Below, one piece after another: positions 20,339-31,081 of a DNA stretch of 64,000 bases. This stretch comes from an uncultured Campylobacter sp. (GTDB lineage Bacteria; Campylobacterota; Campylobacteria; Campylobacterales; Campylobacteraceae), in NCBI GenBank assembly GCA_963525605.1, contig CAURKZ010000004.1, positions 95,379 through 159,378 on the forward strand, in the 5' to 3' direction. Under the pieces are notes generated by a model, which searched no databases, was not told the origin of the DNA, and worked only from the letters and a program-made list of their open reading frames with translations. The translations under genes were made by a program, and so were the position numbers. Every line of letters begins with the position of its first letter. Position 1 is the first letter of the stretch.

Positions 20339-21223
20339 TTAAGCAAAGACTTTTTGATACTCGCGCACAACCTCGGCGGTAAGATCTACTAGCTCGAAAT
20401 TTTTCGCATCGGCAAGGACTGCCAAAGTGAGTTTATGATTTAGATCGTGGCTTCCCGCAAACGCTGTATAATCGCCCAAAATCGGAGCGCCTACGAGCGC
20501 AAGATCGCCGATTGCGTCTAAAATTTTATGGCGAACAAACTCGTTTTCAAAGCGCAAACCCTCGGGATTTAAAATTTTATTCTCATCGATTACGACGGCG
20601 TTTTCTAAACTGCCACCTAGAGCTAGACCCATGGAACGTAGCGCTTGCACATCTTTCAAAAAACCAAAAGTTCTGGCGCGCGAAATTTCTTTAAGATAAG
20701 ATTTCTTGCTAAATTCAAAAACATAGTGCTGAGTGCCGATGAGCGGATGGCTAAATTTAATTGTATAATCAAATTTAGGGCTCTTGCTCGGGCTTAGCCG
20801 TACGAGCTTATCTCCCTCGCGAATCTCCACGGCACGCTTGATGATGAGAGCTTTTTTATTTGCGTCGAGCTCTCTTACGCCCGCTTCGTCCAAAAGCATA
20901 CAAAAGCTCGCCGAACTTCCGTCCATTACAGGAATTTCATTAGCATCGACGATGATACGGATATTATCGATACCATAGGCATTAATGGCGCTCATTAGAT
21001 GCTCTATTGTTGATATATAGCCCTTCTCATTTCCTACGACGGTCGCCATCTGCGTATTTATGACGTTTTTTGGCTCGGCTTTAAAACTAACGCCAAGATC
21101 ACTTCTATAAAATACGATTCCACTGCCCGCCTCTAAAGGCTCTAACGTAAGTCTGATAGGCTCACCTTTGTGCAGCCCGATGCCGACGTTATGGACCTTC
21201 TTAGCTATCGTTGTCTGTCTCAT
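20339..21223 (-). CDS. lpxC: UDP-3-O-acyl-N-acetylglucosamine deacetylase
   Basis: Start chosen at MRQTTIAKKV (GAGGA SD 5 nt upstream). GIGLHKGEPI, EHLMSA, ARTFGF, NEFVRHKILDAIGDL. Confidence 0.95.
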   Translation of the reverse strand: MRQTTIAKKVHNVGIGLHKGEPIRLTLEPLEAGSGIVFYRSDLGVSFKAEPKNVINTQMATVVGNEKGYISTIEHLMSAINAYGIDNIRIIVDANEIPVMDGSSASFCMLLDEAGVRELDANKKALIIKRAVEIREGDKLVRLSPSKSPKFDYTIKFSHPLIGTQHYVFEFSKKSYLKEISRARTFGFLKDVQALRSMGLALGGSLENAVVIDENKILNPEGLRFENEFVRHKILDAIGDLALVGAPILGDYTAFAGSHDLNHKLTLAVLADAKNFELVDLTAEVVREYQKVFA

Positions 21224-21273
21224 TTCTATCCTCGTTTTCATTAACCCGCGCATTATAGCGAAAATTTTAAAAT

Positions 21274-22653
21274 TTACTTACCTTTTTCTATTACTTTTTT
21301 GGACGATTCTAAGACATCGGTAATGTTATCTTTCATCCACTTAGGATCCATCCACTCCTCGGGTCTTACGTCCACGCCCTGAACTACGATACCAAAATGC
21401 AGATGATCTCCGAAAGCAAAGCCGCTTGAGCCCGTCTGTGCTAGAATGTCGCCCGGCTTTACGTCGCTGCCCACACTTAGCTGCGTCGCCGAGCAGTGTC
21501 CGTATATGCCGTATAATCCGAAGCCGTAGTAAATTCCTAAATTTAATCCGAAAATTCCATTTTCCTGCGCAAAAACTACCTTGCCATAGTTGCTCTCTTT
21601 GATATCGGCGTTTGCAACGCTTGCTAGATCGAGCCCCATATGCCATGACTCGCTTACTTGTTCGTCGTTCATAAAAAATATACGATGATCGGCAAAGCTT
21701 GCTACCGCTGCGCCTTTAGCAAGCGGATAAAAAGGCTTTAGCTCAAATCCATTTATTTTATCCTCGTGCACCGCGCTAGTGGCAGCGTGCAGGTCATCCC
21801 CGTTTTTCTTACGCAAAGTTTCATTTACGAATTTAAATTTTTCCAGATCACTCATCGAGTTAAAATTCTGCGCATATTGGCTAGCCAGATCACTTACCTT
21901 ACCGTTAATAAAACCCGAATTCAGCTTGATAGTAGAGACTTTATATTTTTTGTCCTGATAAAAATACTTGATCTGCGAAATGCTTTCGTTGCCTGCACGA
22001 TCAGTGGCGACCGCTTCTGCGCGAAATTCCTCCAAATTTGCAGGCCACGCTACGAGAGACGCATAATAGCCCTCTTTTACAAAAGGAATTGCTTTAAAAA
22101 TTTTGCCATAGTTGGTTTTGACATAGACTTCGTTTAGGCGCTCGTCTTTAGCTGAGAATACGACTACAGCGCTACCGCCTTTAGTGATTTTATAGGATTG
22201 ATTGATGATATTTATGAGGGGCTTTTTGTCATCTATTATTATATTTGCCGTTTTTACGCTCTTATTTCCTTGCGCAAAATTCCACGAGCTAATGTCGTTT
22301 GCAAAAACCTCGAGCTTGTAGTTTTTATCTTTATTAAGCATCAAATTTTTAGGAAATTGCACGGCAAGCTCTAGCGTCGTTTGCGGAACGTTAAGCTCCT
22401 CATTTAGTAGCGGTATCGTGCTAGCTCCGTCATTTAAGTTAACGCGAACGAGCTTAATGCCGGTATCGTCTGAAATTTTAATCTTTAAAGGCGAGGTTAA
22501 ATTCCAATAAATTTCATTTTCCAGCGCAATTTGCGGAGGATTTTTTTCAAATTTCGGCGAGGTAAAAATTCTAAAGATTCCATAAACCAAAGCGCATATT
22601 ATAATAAGAAATATTAAAATTTTAAGCTTCGTTCCATTGCCATTTCTACGCAT
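21274..22653 (-). CDS. M23/LytM-family metallopeptidase, membrane-anchored
   Basis: 459 aa. N-terminal TM helix. C-terminal LytM motifs HMGLDLAS and GDHLHFGIVVQG. Confidence 0.85.
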   Translation of the reverse strand: MRRNGNGTKLKILIFLIIICALVYGIFRIFTSPKFEKNPPQIALENEIYWNLTSPLKIKISDDTGIKLVRVNLNDGASTIPLLNEELNVPQTTLELAVQFPKNLMLNKDKNYKLEVFANDISSWNFAQGNKSVKTANIIIDDKKPLINIINQSYKITKGGSAVVVFSAKDERLNEVYVKTNYGKIFKAIPFVKEGYYASLVAWPANLEEFRAEAVATDRAGNESISQIKYFYQDKKYKVSTIKLNSGFINGKVSDLASQYAQNFNSMSDLEKFKFVNETLRKKNGDDLHAATSAVHEDKINGFELKPFYPLAKGAAVASFADHRIFFMNDEQVSESWHMGLDLASVANADIKESNYGKVVFAQENGIFGLNLGIYYGFGLYGIYGHCSATQLSVGSDVKPGDILAQTGSSGFAFGDHLHFGIVVQGVDVRPEEWMDPKWMKDNITDVLESSKKVIEKGK

Positions 22654-23159
22654 AAAAGAGCCTTTGATATGATTTTAGAGCGCGATTTTACAAGCTTAAC
22701 TTAAATTATCGGTAAAGCGAGGCAAAATTTAACGCAAATGTTTAGCGATTTACGAGGCGATTTAAAATTTTAAATTCTAGCGATTTTAGAATCTCAAAAT
22801 TTATGAGCTTTAAAATTCAGTGGCGCGCTAAATCCTATGCAGCGAAATTCCGTGCGCGACAAAGCGGCGTTTATCGTCTATATCGTAACCTTTAAAATTT
22901 CAATATAAAATTTCTTTAAATTATGCTAATGGCTTGTATTGATTTTTTAGAACTCTTATGCTTAAAATTTTACCATACGAATGGAATTTTAAACTATCTT
23001 GATAACTAAAACTTTAAAAAGTCCCAAGTAAGCTATGCGTTCAAATTTTATCCTAAGCCGAGCGGAATTCCAATTAAAATTTAGCTCAACCCGCTTACAA
23101 TAATTCGGCTGCAAATTAGCGCGACAAGAAAAGTCAAAATTGCAGCGTTACTAAATTTT

Positions 23160-23191
23160 AAGGCGTGCGGTGAAAATTCTACACACGCCTT
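23160..23191 (-). terminator. hairpin directly downstream of bamA (weak terminator candidate)
   Basis: AAGGCGTG-16 nt-CACGCCTT, 21 nt after the bamA stop. The trailing sequence on the minus strand is only moderately T-rich (TAAAATTTAG). Confidence 0.35.
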
Positions 23192-23211
23192 AATGTTCGC
23201 AATTGCCGCGT

Positions 23212-25467
23212 TTAATTAAATCTAGCGCCGATGCTAAATTCGAAGCTATTTGTATCGTCGTGCGGTTTTTTATTAAGCGGCTTGACGAAGTATAGCTGCA
23301 AAGGCCCCATCGGCGTCATCCACTCGATACCAGCACCCGTGCTGTAGCGCTCCTCCTCATTCCAGTCATGATCGCCGATCATTCCGTAGTCAAAAAACGT
23401 TACGAAGCGCATTTTAAGCCTATCAACTACCGGAAAGCTTAGCTCAAAGGAGTTATTGAAGCTCTGCATACCGCCCGTCTCGATATAGCGGCAATTATTT
23501 GAATTTAAACAGATCTCTTTTTTCGGGATACTGCGACCTTCGTAGCCTCTAATGCTTTTCATTCCGCCTAGGAATAGCTTTTCGTTGATCGGAATCTTTT
23601 TATTACCTTCCCACATATAGCCCGTTGCAGCTTTGTATCTAAAGATAATGTCGTGATCGATATAATCTCGCAAGCCAAAGTAGTAGTTAAATGATCCTCG
23701 CGCCTTGGTGTAGTCCATATCGCCGCCAAGACCCGCGTATTCTAAGCTAGCACTTGCGATCATACCGCTTCTTGGCAAGTAATAATCATCGGTGCTGTTG
23801 TATGTAATAGACGGGATGATCGAGCTTTTTAAATTCTTGCCATCCAGATAGCCCGCTTTGGCGTAATATTCATTTAAGCCCTTAATCTCGCTTTTTTCGA
23901 GATAATATGTAAGGCTTACATCGGTATTACGCCCGATCTTGCGACCGCCCGTGATTGAAAATCCGTAAGATTTCTCATCGTAATCGTCCCAGTCATAGTC
24001 GTTGGCAAAGATCGATCCGCCCAAGCTATACTCAGAATCAAACACTCTAGGATTGGTTAAGCTCAAGCGTCCGCTTAACTGATCGTCGCTCTTTTCGACC
24101 GAGAATGCGCCGTGAAGACCGGTGCCAAATACGTTACGATCGCTGATACCACCGCTAAGTAAAATTCCATCCTCACTGCCATATCCGATACCACCCGTGA
24201 TAGAGCCTGTAGGAGCTTCTTTGACTGCGACTTCAAGATCGATCTGATCGTTAGAAACGCGGTTTTCTTTAATCTCCACCTCATCGAAATACCCCGTGCG
24301 TTTTAAAGAATTTAACGAATCGTTGTAATCGGTTTTGCTATATAAATTTCCCTCGGTCAAATACATCTCGCGGCGGATGACCTTATCCTCGGTCTTATCG
24401 TTGCCCGAAATCGTTACGTTTCTAATATAGACTTTATCCTCAGGGATAACTTGATACGTGATAGCGACCGTGCGAGCTTCTTTGTCCTGCTTAGTCTTAG
24501 GCACGATGCGCACATAGGCGTATCCCTGATCCGCGACTAAAGTCTCTAGCGTATTCATATCGCGGCGCAAACGCTCGGAATTCATCGTATCGCCCTTTTG
24601 AAGCTTGAAATCGTCCAAAACCTTTTCTTTATCAAGCTTGATTATATCTGCAGGATACTCGATATCTACGGAGCTTACAGTGTATTGCTCGCCCTCTTTT
24701 ATATAATAAGTCAAATCAGCAGTGTAATTATCCATATCGGCATTAAGTAGCGGCGCCGAAACCTGCGCGTCTAAGTAGCCTTTTTTATAATATTCTTCTT
24801 GAATTCTATTTGCGTCGTTAGGAAGCTCGGCGGTTTTTACCTTGCCGTCGTTAAAGCCCCACATCCAGCCCAGCATCTCGCGTTCTTTATTGGCGACGGA
24901 TGGCTCTATATCGTCATAGTCGAGTTTGTCTGCGCCTACTAAATTTACCTTATCTATGATGATATTTTCGCCGCGATTTACCTCGATCGTTAGCAAGATG
25001 ACCGATTTATCGTCGTTTATCGGCTTTGGATAAAATTCCACCACGGTGTCGAAAAAGCCCTTGACTTCGTAGTATTGCTTGATACGGGTCTCTGCTTTTT
25101 TAGCAGCCACCTCGTCGTAAACCTGACCCGGACGCAAGCCGATGAGCTCATTGATCTTGTCGCGATCATTGGTAACTACGTTTTTGATCTCGACCTTGGC
25201 GATGGTCGGTTTTTCGGTTACGTTGATAGTGACCGCGCCGCCTTGTTCGCTGATATAAACGTCGCTGAAATAGCCCTGCTCAAATAGCTTTGAAATCGCA
25301 GCATTGGTGTTTTCGCCGTTAAGCTCATCGCCTACCTTAAGTCCTGAAATTTGCTGTGCGACCTGTGGAGAAAGATGCCTTAGCCCTTCAAATTTAATGG
25401 ATTTTATCTGCGCGGCGCATGCCACGGAAATCCCGCCTACTAAGAGTAAAAAAACGCTTTTTTTCAT
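23212..25467 (-). CDS. bamA: outer membrane protein assembly factor BamA (Omp85)
   Basis: 751 aa. Signal peptide, POTRA-type repeats, C-terminal beta-barrel with alternating aromatic pattern ending ...FEFSIGARFN. Confidence 0.93.
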   Translation of the reverse strand: MKKSVFLLLVGGISVACAAQIKSIKFEGLRHLSPQVAQQISGLKVGDELNGENTNAAISKLFEQGYFSDVYISEQGGAVTINVTEKPTIAKVEIKNVVTNDRDKINELIGLRPGQVYDEVAAKKAETRIKQYYEVKGFFDTVVEFYPKPINDDKSVILLTIEVNRGENIIIDKVNLVGADKLDYDDIEPSVANKEREMLGWMWGFNDGKVKTAELPNDANRIQEEYYKKGYLDAQVSAPLLNADMDNYTADLTYYIKEGEQYTVSSVDIEYPADIIKLDKEKVLDDFKLQKGDTMNSERLRRDMNTLETLVADQGYAYVRIVPKTKQDKEARTVAITYQVIPEDKVYIRNVTISGNDKTEDKVIRREMYLTEGNLYSKTDYNDSLNSLKRTGYFDEVEIKENRVSNDQIDLEVAVKEAPTGSITGGIGYGSEDGILLSGGISDRNVFGTGLHGAFSVEKSDDQLSGRLSLTNPRVFDSEYSLGGSIFANDYDWDDYDEKSYGFSITGGRKIGRNTDVSLTYYLEKSEIKGLNEYYAKAGYLDGKNLKSSIIPSITYNSTDDYYLPRSGMIASASLEYAGLGGDMDYTKARGSFNYYFGLRDYIDHDIIFRYKAATGYMWEGNKKIPINEKLFLGGMKSIRGYEGRSIPKKEICLNSNNCRYIETGGMQSFNNSFELSFPVVDRLKMRFVTFFDYGMIGDHDWNEEERYSTGAGIEWMTPMGPLQLYFVKPLNKKPHDDTNSFEFSIGARFN

Positions 25468-25548
25468 AAAATTTTACCTAAAAACGAAAATAATTTGCGT
25501 ATAATACCACATTAAAATTAAAACTTGCATATATCAAAAAGGAATTTT

Positions 25549-26379
25549 ATGAAGATAGGAATTATCGGCTTGGGTCTCATCGGCGGCTCTCTTGGGCTAT
25601 GTCTAAAAAGCACCAAAATAATTAGCGCCGTCTATGGCTGCGACATCAACCGCGAAAACGAAAAAGAAGCTCTGCGACTCGGGCTCGTGCATGAAATTTT
25701 AAGCCTAGAGCAGATGAAGCAAAGCTGCGACGCGATCTTTCTTGCAATCCCCGTGGAGGCAATTATTGAGACGTTGAAAAAACTAAGCGACTGCAGAAGT
25801 GAAACGACGATCATTGATCTGGGAAGCACGAAATTTAAAATTTTACAAAACTGCCCGCCGCAAATCAGACGAAATTTCATCGCAGCTCACCCGATGGCGG
25901 GAACCGAAGATTCCGGTCCGCAAGCGGCATTTAAAGAGCTTTTAAACGGCGCGGTAGTCGTCATCTGCGATGATCACGGCGCGGACGAAACGCATGTCAA
26001 GCGCGCGGTAGAAATTTTTTCGTTTGCGGGGATGAAGATCGTATTTATGGATGCAAAAAGCCACGATCACCACGTGGCGCTCATCTCGCACCTACCGCAT
26101 GCGATCAGCTACTCACTCGTAAACAGCGTGCTAAAAGAGGAAAATCGCCGCAATATCATAAATTTAGCCGGCGGCAGCTTCTCGGGCATGAGCCGTATCG
26201 CCAAGAGCTCGCCGCAGATGTGGGTCGATATTTTTAAGCAAAACCGCACAAACCTCCTAGGCGCGATCGATGCTTTTAAAAACGAACTGGATCTTTGCGT
26301 ACAGATGATTGAGGGCGAGCGCTGGGACGAGCTTGAGGCATGGATGTACGAAGCGCGCAAGCTAAGGGATATTATTTAA
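25549..26379 (+). CDS. tyrA: prephenate dehydrogenase
   Basis: ATG at 25549 after an AAAGGA SD. MKIGIIGLGLIGGSLG Rossmann motif. AAHPMAGTE and HDHHVALISHLPH motifs. Confidence 0.88.
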   Translation: MKIGIIGLGLIGGSLGLCLKSTKIISAVYGCDINRENEKEALRLGLVHEILSLEQMKQSCDAIFLAIPVEAIIETLKKLSDCRSETTIIDLGSTKFKILQNCPPQIRRNFIAAHPMAGTEDSGPQAAFKELLNGAVVVICDDHGADETHVKRAVEIFSFAGMKIVFMDAKSHDHHVALISHLPHAISYSLVNSVLKEENRRNIINLAGGSFSGMSRIAKSSPQMWVDIFKQNRTNLLGAIDAFKNELDLCVQMIEGERWDELEAWMYEARKLRDII

Positions 26380-26500
26380 AATTTCAGCACGACCTGACTG
26401 CGCGACGGACGCTGCAAGAACACGCCTTTAAATTCTAAAATTTCGCCTTCAAATAGCCTACGCAAATTTAAATTTTAATCCGCGCTATCCCGACACAAAC

Positions 26501-27232
26501 TCAAAAATCTATGCATTCCTGCGTGAAAATTCTCTTTGAGGGAAACTCCAGCGCGCAAAGCCTCGCCTTCTCGCCCCAGTGCTTTTTATAAACACAGCCC
26601 AGATCGATATTTGCGCTAAATTCCGTAATGACGGGCTTTTTTACCGGCGTGTGCCCGTAGACATTAAAAATTCCATCATTCGCGCTATCATCTCCGCGCC
26701 CGCTTAGCACATGAGCGGCGAAGCTTTTCGCACGCTCTGCATCGTGTCTAATCCCCCACGCGCGACCCACTGCGGAGTGCGATACGACGAGGGCGCGACC
26801 GCTTTCATCACGCAAATCATACTCCAGGTAAATCGGCAGCCGCGAGACAAACCGCAGATGCTCCTTGCATTGTTTCACGCCTCCGTGACGATAATACGAC
26901 GCTAGCGTCGCTTCACCGCCGTTATTAAACAGCCAGCTTTCGTCCAGGCTAAAAAATGCGTAGAGGTCATTTGAGCTCGTAAATTTGCCCGTCTTTGCGC
27001 ACCTTAGTGCAGTTTTTGCGTTGCTTACAAAGCGCTTTTCGTGATTGCCCATCACCGCGTCATATCCGCGAGTGCGCACTAGCTCCACCACATCCGAGCT
27101 CGCAGGGCCTCGGTCGATCAGATCGCCCACAAAGCAAATTTTGCTATCAAATTTATGCGGCAGCTGCTCTATTAACGCCAAAAGCGATCTGTAGCAGCCG
27201 TGCACGTCGCCGATGATGTGGATATTTTCCAT
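26501..27232 (-). CDS. metallophosphoesterase (PPP-family Ser/Thr phosphatase / ApaH-like)
   Basis: GDVHG, GDLIDRG, GNHE signature in the N-terminal 65 aa. Confidence 0.8.
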   Translation of the reverse strand: MENIHIIGDVHGCYRSLLALIEQLPHKFDSKICFVGDLIDRGPASSDVVELVRTRGYDAVMGNHEKRFVSNAKTALRCAKTGKFTSSNDLYAFFSLDESWLFNNGGEATLASYYRHGGVKQCKEHLRFVSRLPIYLEYDLRDESGRALVVSHSAVGRAWGIRHDAERAKSFAAHVLSGRGDDSANDGIFNVYGHTPVKKPVITEFSANIDLGCVYKKHWGEKARLCALEFPSKRIFTQECIDF

Positions 27233-27330
27233 AATTTCTCCTTAAATTTTAACGCCCTCGCCTTTTAACGCGCGAGCTGTGATATAAGCGGTAGATAAAA
27301 GCTCTGCACTAAATTTTAAAATTCCGCGCG

Positions 27331-27768
27331 CTAGGACTTGGACGGATAAATCTGCTTTAAGACCTCCTTTACGACGATCATAAAAAGAACGATAAATATT
27401 AATGCGCTAAGCAATGAGGAATAAAACCTGGCAAGATGCAAATCTGAAACAATCAGCGCCACAATCATCATCCCTAAAAATGGCGATAGCATCCAAACCG
27501 CTGCTGTAGGCAAAAATAAATTTACGAAAAAATCAGTGAGCTTACCAAAATCCTTTAACTTTGCGGCAAGTATCGCGCAAATCCCGCAGAAAAATATCCA
27601 CAAAAATAGGAAATATACGCACTTCTGCTGTAGCCATTCTAAGGGATCGTCAAACCGGACGCTAGATGTGTCAAAAATCTGCCCTATAAAAAAACCCATT
27701 AAACTTGAAATGCACATCAAGCAAAAACTCATCGAAAATGCGCAGGCTATAATTTTTAAAATAATCAT
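27331..27768 (-). CDS. hypothetical 4-TM membrane protein
   Basis: 145 aa, four hydrophobic helices, AT-rich. No motif recognised. Confidence 0.5.
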   Translation of the reverse strand: MIILKIIACAFSMSFCLMCISSLMGFFIGQIFDTSSVRFDDPLEWLQQKCVYFLFLWIFFCGICAILAAKLKDFGKLTDFFVNLFLPTAAVWMLSPFLGMMIVALIVSDLHLARFYSSLLSALIFIVLFMIVVKEVLKQIYPSKS

Positions 27769-27790
27769 CAGAGTTCCTAAAATTCTAAAT

Positions 27791-28717
27791 TTAGGCGAAA
27801 AATTCCTCGATTAGCCGCGCCATCTCGCTCTCAGCGGCGATGTGGTTGATCTGCTCGCGAAAGCTTGCAGCGTTTTCGCGCCCCTTAGAGTATTCGTGCA
27901 GATGCTTGCGAAATATCGCCACGCCGTGGCTGCCATAGTGGCTTAGCATTTGGGAGAAATGATAGAGCACGACCTCTCTTTTTAGCGCGTCGCTTGCCTG
28001 CTCGCCCGTTTTGATCTCGCGAAATATCCAGGGTCTGCCGACGACCGCGCGACCGATCATCAGCGCGTCCGCGCCGCTAAGGTCTCGCACTGCTAGCGCA
28101 TTGGCGGAGTTTATGTCGCCGTTTGCGATCACGGGGATTTGCAGCACGCGCTTAGCTCTTGCGATCGCGCCGTAATCCACCGCCGCGCTGTATCCGCCCA
28201 CTCTGGTGCGTCCGTGAATCGCAATGAAATCGGCCCCTGCGCCTTGTACGGCGCGCGCGATATTTTCGATATCCACGGCGCCAAAGCCCAGCCGCACCTT
28301 TGCGCTCGTAAATTTTTTGTTTGAATATTTTTTGATCGTATCGACTAGGCGCGATAGACGGGGCAGATCAAGTAGCAGCGCCGAGCCAGCGCCCTGCTTT
28401 ACGACTTTGGGGACGGGACAGCCGCAGTTTAGATCGATACCGTCGATGCCGTCAAATTTATTGATGAGCAGAACCGCCTTTTTGATGATCTCCGCATCGC
28501 TGCCCGCGATCTGCACGAAAAATGGGGTTTCGGCGGCGTTTTTTTCGAGCATCTTTAGCGTCTTTTCACCCTCGAAAACAAGGGCGTTTGCGCTTATCAT
28601 CTCGCTTACGGTCGCGTCGCAGCCGAATTTTTTCACTACGCCCCGCAGCGGCGGATCTGAAAAGCCCGCCAAAGGCGCCAAAAATAGAGGGTCCTTTTTA
28701 AAAAAATCTTCCGTCAT
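27791..28717 (-). CDS. dus: tRNA-dihydrouridine synthase
   Basis: 308 aa. LAPLAGFSDPPLR, VSEMISA, DLNCGCP catalytic-Cys motif, IHGRTR. Confidence 0.9.
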   Translation of the reverse strand: MTEDFFKKDPLFLAPLAGFSDPPLRGVVKKFGCDATVSEMISANALVFEGEKTLKMLEKNAAETPFFVQIAGSDAEIIKKAVLLINKFDGIDGIDLNCGCPVPKVVKQGAGSALLLDLPRLSRLVDTIKKYSNKKFTSAKVRLGFGAVDIENIARAVQGAGADFIAIHGRTRVGGYSAAVDYGAIARAKRVLQIPVIANGDINSANALAVRDLSGADALMIGRAVVGRPWIFREIKTGEQASDALKREVVLYHFSQMLSHYGSHGVAIFRKHLHEYSKGRENAASFREQINHIAAESEMARLIEEFFA

Positions 28718-29258
28718 TTTAAATTTCTCATTTTGATTTCGTTTGAATTTAAACCTTTAAATTTAATACCGCAGCGCTTGCAGCGGATTTTGCCACGAGC
28801 TTTAAAATTTTAAATTTCATAGGCTGCGGTATTCGCATTTAGGCGCAAATTTTATTTTTAAGCTTAGCTAATTTGCATGGCGGCAAAACGGCAGCAAGAA
28901 TGATCGCCACTAAATTTTATTTGCACGGCGAACCAAACAAGCAGCTTGCAAAACGCCGCATGAAATTTTAAAATTTCATTACTTTATTTGGCTAGCAAGT
29001 CTTGCGCTTTACGTTTAAATTTTAAATTTCATCGCGTAAATGCAAAATCCGTTTACGCGCGTACTACGCAAGCAAATCTTTTAAATTTTACCGCTTGCGC
29101 GCATTGATCTTTCGATAAATTTTGAAATTTAAAATTTGCGCGAGTTAGAATTTTATCCGCACTTTAAAATTTATCGCGCAGGCTGTGTTTGATAGCCGCA
29201 CAGATCGTAAAAAGCAGTCTCTCTTACCCGCATAAAACGAACTCATAAAATTACCGAG
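28718..29258. repeat. spacer filled with AAATTT/AAAATTT-core repeats
   Basis: Repeated ...aaattttaaatttcat..., ...gaaatttaaaatttgcgcg... motifs. No credible ORF. Confidence 0.65.
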
Positions 29259-30260
29259 CTAAAATAACAGCGACGCAGGGACGTTTTTACCGTTGTCGCG
29301 CAAAAATAGCAGAATTTTAAACTTCTCAAACTCGTCGCCGTCGGCGAGGCTTAGCTGCTCTCTAAACTCGTCGATCATGCCAAGCTCATATAGCGCGTAC
29401 AGATATGCCTCGGTCGCTTCTTGATTCTCGTTTTTGAGCCGCTCGAAAAAGGCTTTGTATTGCTCTGGAGCGAGATGATTTTTTAGCTTTTTAGCAAAGC
29501 CGATAAAATCCTGCTCGCTAAATTTTTCATTATTTACAAGATCAAAAAGTTCCTCGCTGCTGATCTCAAAGCTCGCGTCATTCACCGCGCGATCCACTAA
29601 AATATTTACCTCGGCTATATCTTGAGGAATTTTATAGGCCTTGATCTTGTCGTAGCTTCCTTTGGCAAGCGCTACGGCATAGGCTTTTTTAGTGATATTT
29701 TCGCTATAAACTCCCTTGGTTTTTAAAATTTCATACGCATACGCAGGCTCAGCGTCGAGGCGGTTGAGCTCGTTTTGCAAAAATAGTCCGTTATCTTTAG
29801 GAAGTTTATATTTTCGCAGATCCGCCACTTCGCCGTTTTTAACCTTCTCGATAACACCTATGACCTCTTTTAGATCCTCATTTTTGACATCTATGCCGGT
29901 GCTATCATACCACGGAGATAAAATTTTAGTAAGCTCACTCGGGTCTTTAAAATACTCGGTTTTAAAGTCTTTATTGGTATCAAGACCCAGCAAAACCTCT
30001 TTGCTCATCGCATCGTATGCACTTAGATCCTTTGCGATCGCCCTTTTTGTGCGGTAAAAAGCAAAGCTATGAAAAACGATATGAAAAATCGCTAAAATCA
30101 TATATAAAATTAACGGCAGCACGATCCACACTGCCACAGGAAGCGTAAGCGTAAAACCGAAAAGCCCCAGTGTATAGCTACTGCTTTGCTGCGTAAAAAC
30201 TAAAATCGCGACGATTGCGATATAGACGATCGAATATAAAAAGAATTGCTTGGTTTTCAT
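29259..30260 (-). CDS. conserved hypothetical membrane protein (2 N-terminal TM helices + helical cytoplasmic domain)
   Basis: 333 aa, located immediately downstream of the dksA-like gene (2-nt gap, co-directional). Family not recognised. Confidence 0.6.
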   Translation of the reverse strand: MKTKQFFLYSIVYIAIVAILVFTQQSSSYTLGLFGFTLTLPVAVWIVLPLILYMILAIFHIVFHSFAFYRTKRAIAKDLSAYDAMSKEVLLGLDTNKDFKTEYFKDPSELTKILSPWYDSTGIDVKNEDLKEVIGVIEKVKNGEVADLRKYKLPKDNGLFLQNELNRLDAEPAYAYEILKTKGVYSENITKKAYAVALAKGSYDKIKAYKIPQDIAEVNILVDRAVNDASFEISSEELFDLVNNEKFSEQDFIGFAKKLKNHLAPEQYKAFFERLKNENQEATEAYLYALYELGMIDEFREQLSLADGDEFEKFKILLFLRDNGKNVPASLLF

Positions 30261-30262
30261 AG

Positions 30263-30619
30263 CTAACTCCTATTTTGCTTTTCCGCCTGTTCCTTGCACG
30301 AAATGCACAATCTCGCCTCTGGATTTACCTTAAGGCGCTCTAAGCTTATCTGCTCGCCACAGCTCTCGCAAAGCCCATAGGTTCCATTTTCGATGCGCTT
30401 AAGCGCGCTTTCGATCTCTAAAAACGCCTTTTGTTGATTAACATTGAGCGAGTATTCGATGCTTAAATCCGTATTCATGCTCGCTACGTCAAAATCATCC
30501 GCAGCTTTATTTTCGCGCAATTCCGAAATTTCATTGACAGAGCTATTAATATTGGCGATGAGTTGCTCTCTTTTTTCTTCTAAAATTTTCTTGTAAAATT
30601 TCAACTCGTTTTTCTTCAT
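30263..30619 (-). CDS. DksA/TraR-family C4 zinc-finger protein
   Basis: 118 aa. Coiled-coil N-terminus and CESCGEQISLERLKVNPEARLCISC. Confidence 0.85.
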   Translation of the reverse strand: MKKNELKFYKKILEEKREQLIANINSSVNEISELRENKAADDFDVASMNTDLSIEYSLNVNQQKAFLEIESALKRIENGTYGLCESCGEQISLERLKVNPEARLCISCKEQAEKQNRS

Positions 30620-30628
30620 TACTTCCCT

Positions 30629-31081
30629 TTATTTGTGATATGGATGGTTTGCGTTAATGCACAATGCGCGAAAAATTTGCTCAAAGAGCAAAAGTTTAGC
30701 GATTTTATGCGCTAACGTAAGCCTGCTAAGACTGATTATTTTATCGGCTTTTGCCTTAAAATTTTCACTAAGCCCGTAAGCGCCACCGATGAAAAATGAC
30801 ACGCTACTTTTATCCTTTAGCATACTCGCAAATTCCATGCTATCTAGCTCCTGTCCGCGCTCATCCAAAGCTACGACGTATCCGCTAAGGCGCGGTAGAT
30901 AAATTTCATCGTACGCCATAAGTGCGAGCTCGCGAGACGCTGCTTGGGCGCGAGCGATATTAGCGTTAAAAAATATATCATCTCGCACCGTGGCAAATTT
31001 AGCCGCCATTTTTTTATAATCGCTTATTGCGCCTGCGAACTCGTCCGCGCCCTTTTGGATGGAATTTACCGTTATCTGCAC
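30629..31081 (-). CDS. rlmH: 23S rRNA (pseudouridine1915-N3)-methyltransferase
   Basis: 150 aa SPOUT-type. [37 protein letters not shown] terminus. Confidence 0.88.
   Translation of the reverse strand: MQITVNSIQKGADEFAGAISDYKKMAAKFATVRDDIFFNANIARAQAASRELALMAYDEIYLPRLSGYVVALDERGQELDSMEFASMLKDKSSVSFFIGGAYGLSENFKAKADKIISLSRLTLAHKIAKLLLFEQIFRALCINANHPYHK

Noticed and set aside
28224-28736. 170-aa plus-strand ORF.
   Set aside because: It is antisense to the tRNA-dihydrouridine synthase gene, with a low-complexity Ser/Pro/Ala translation.
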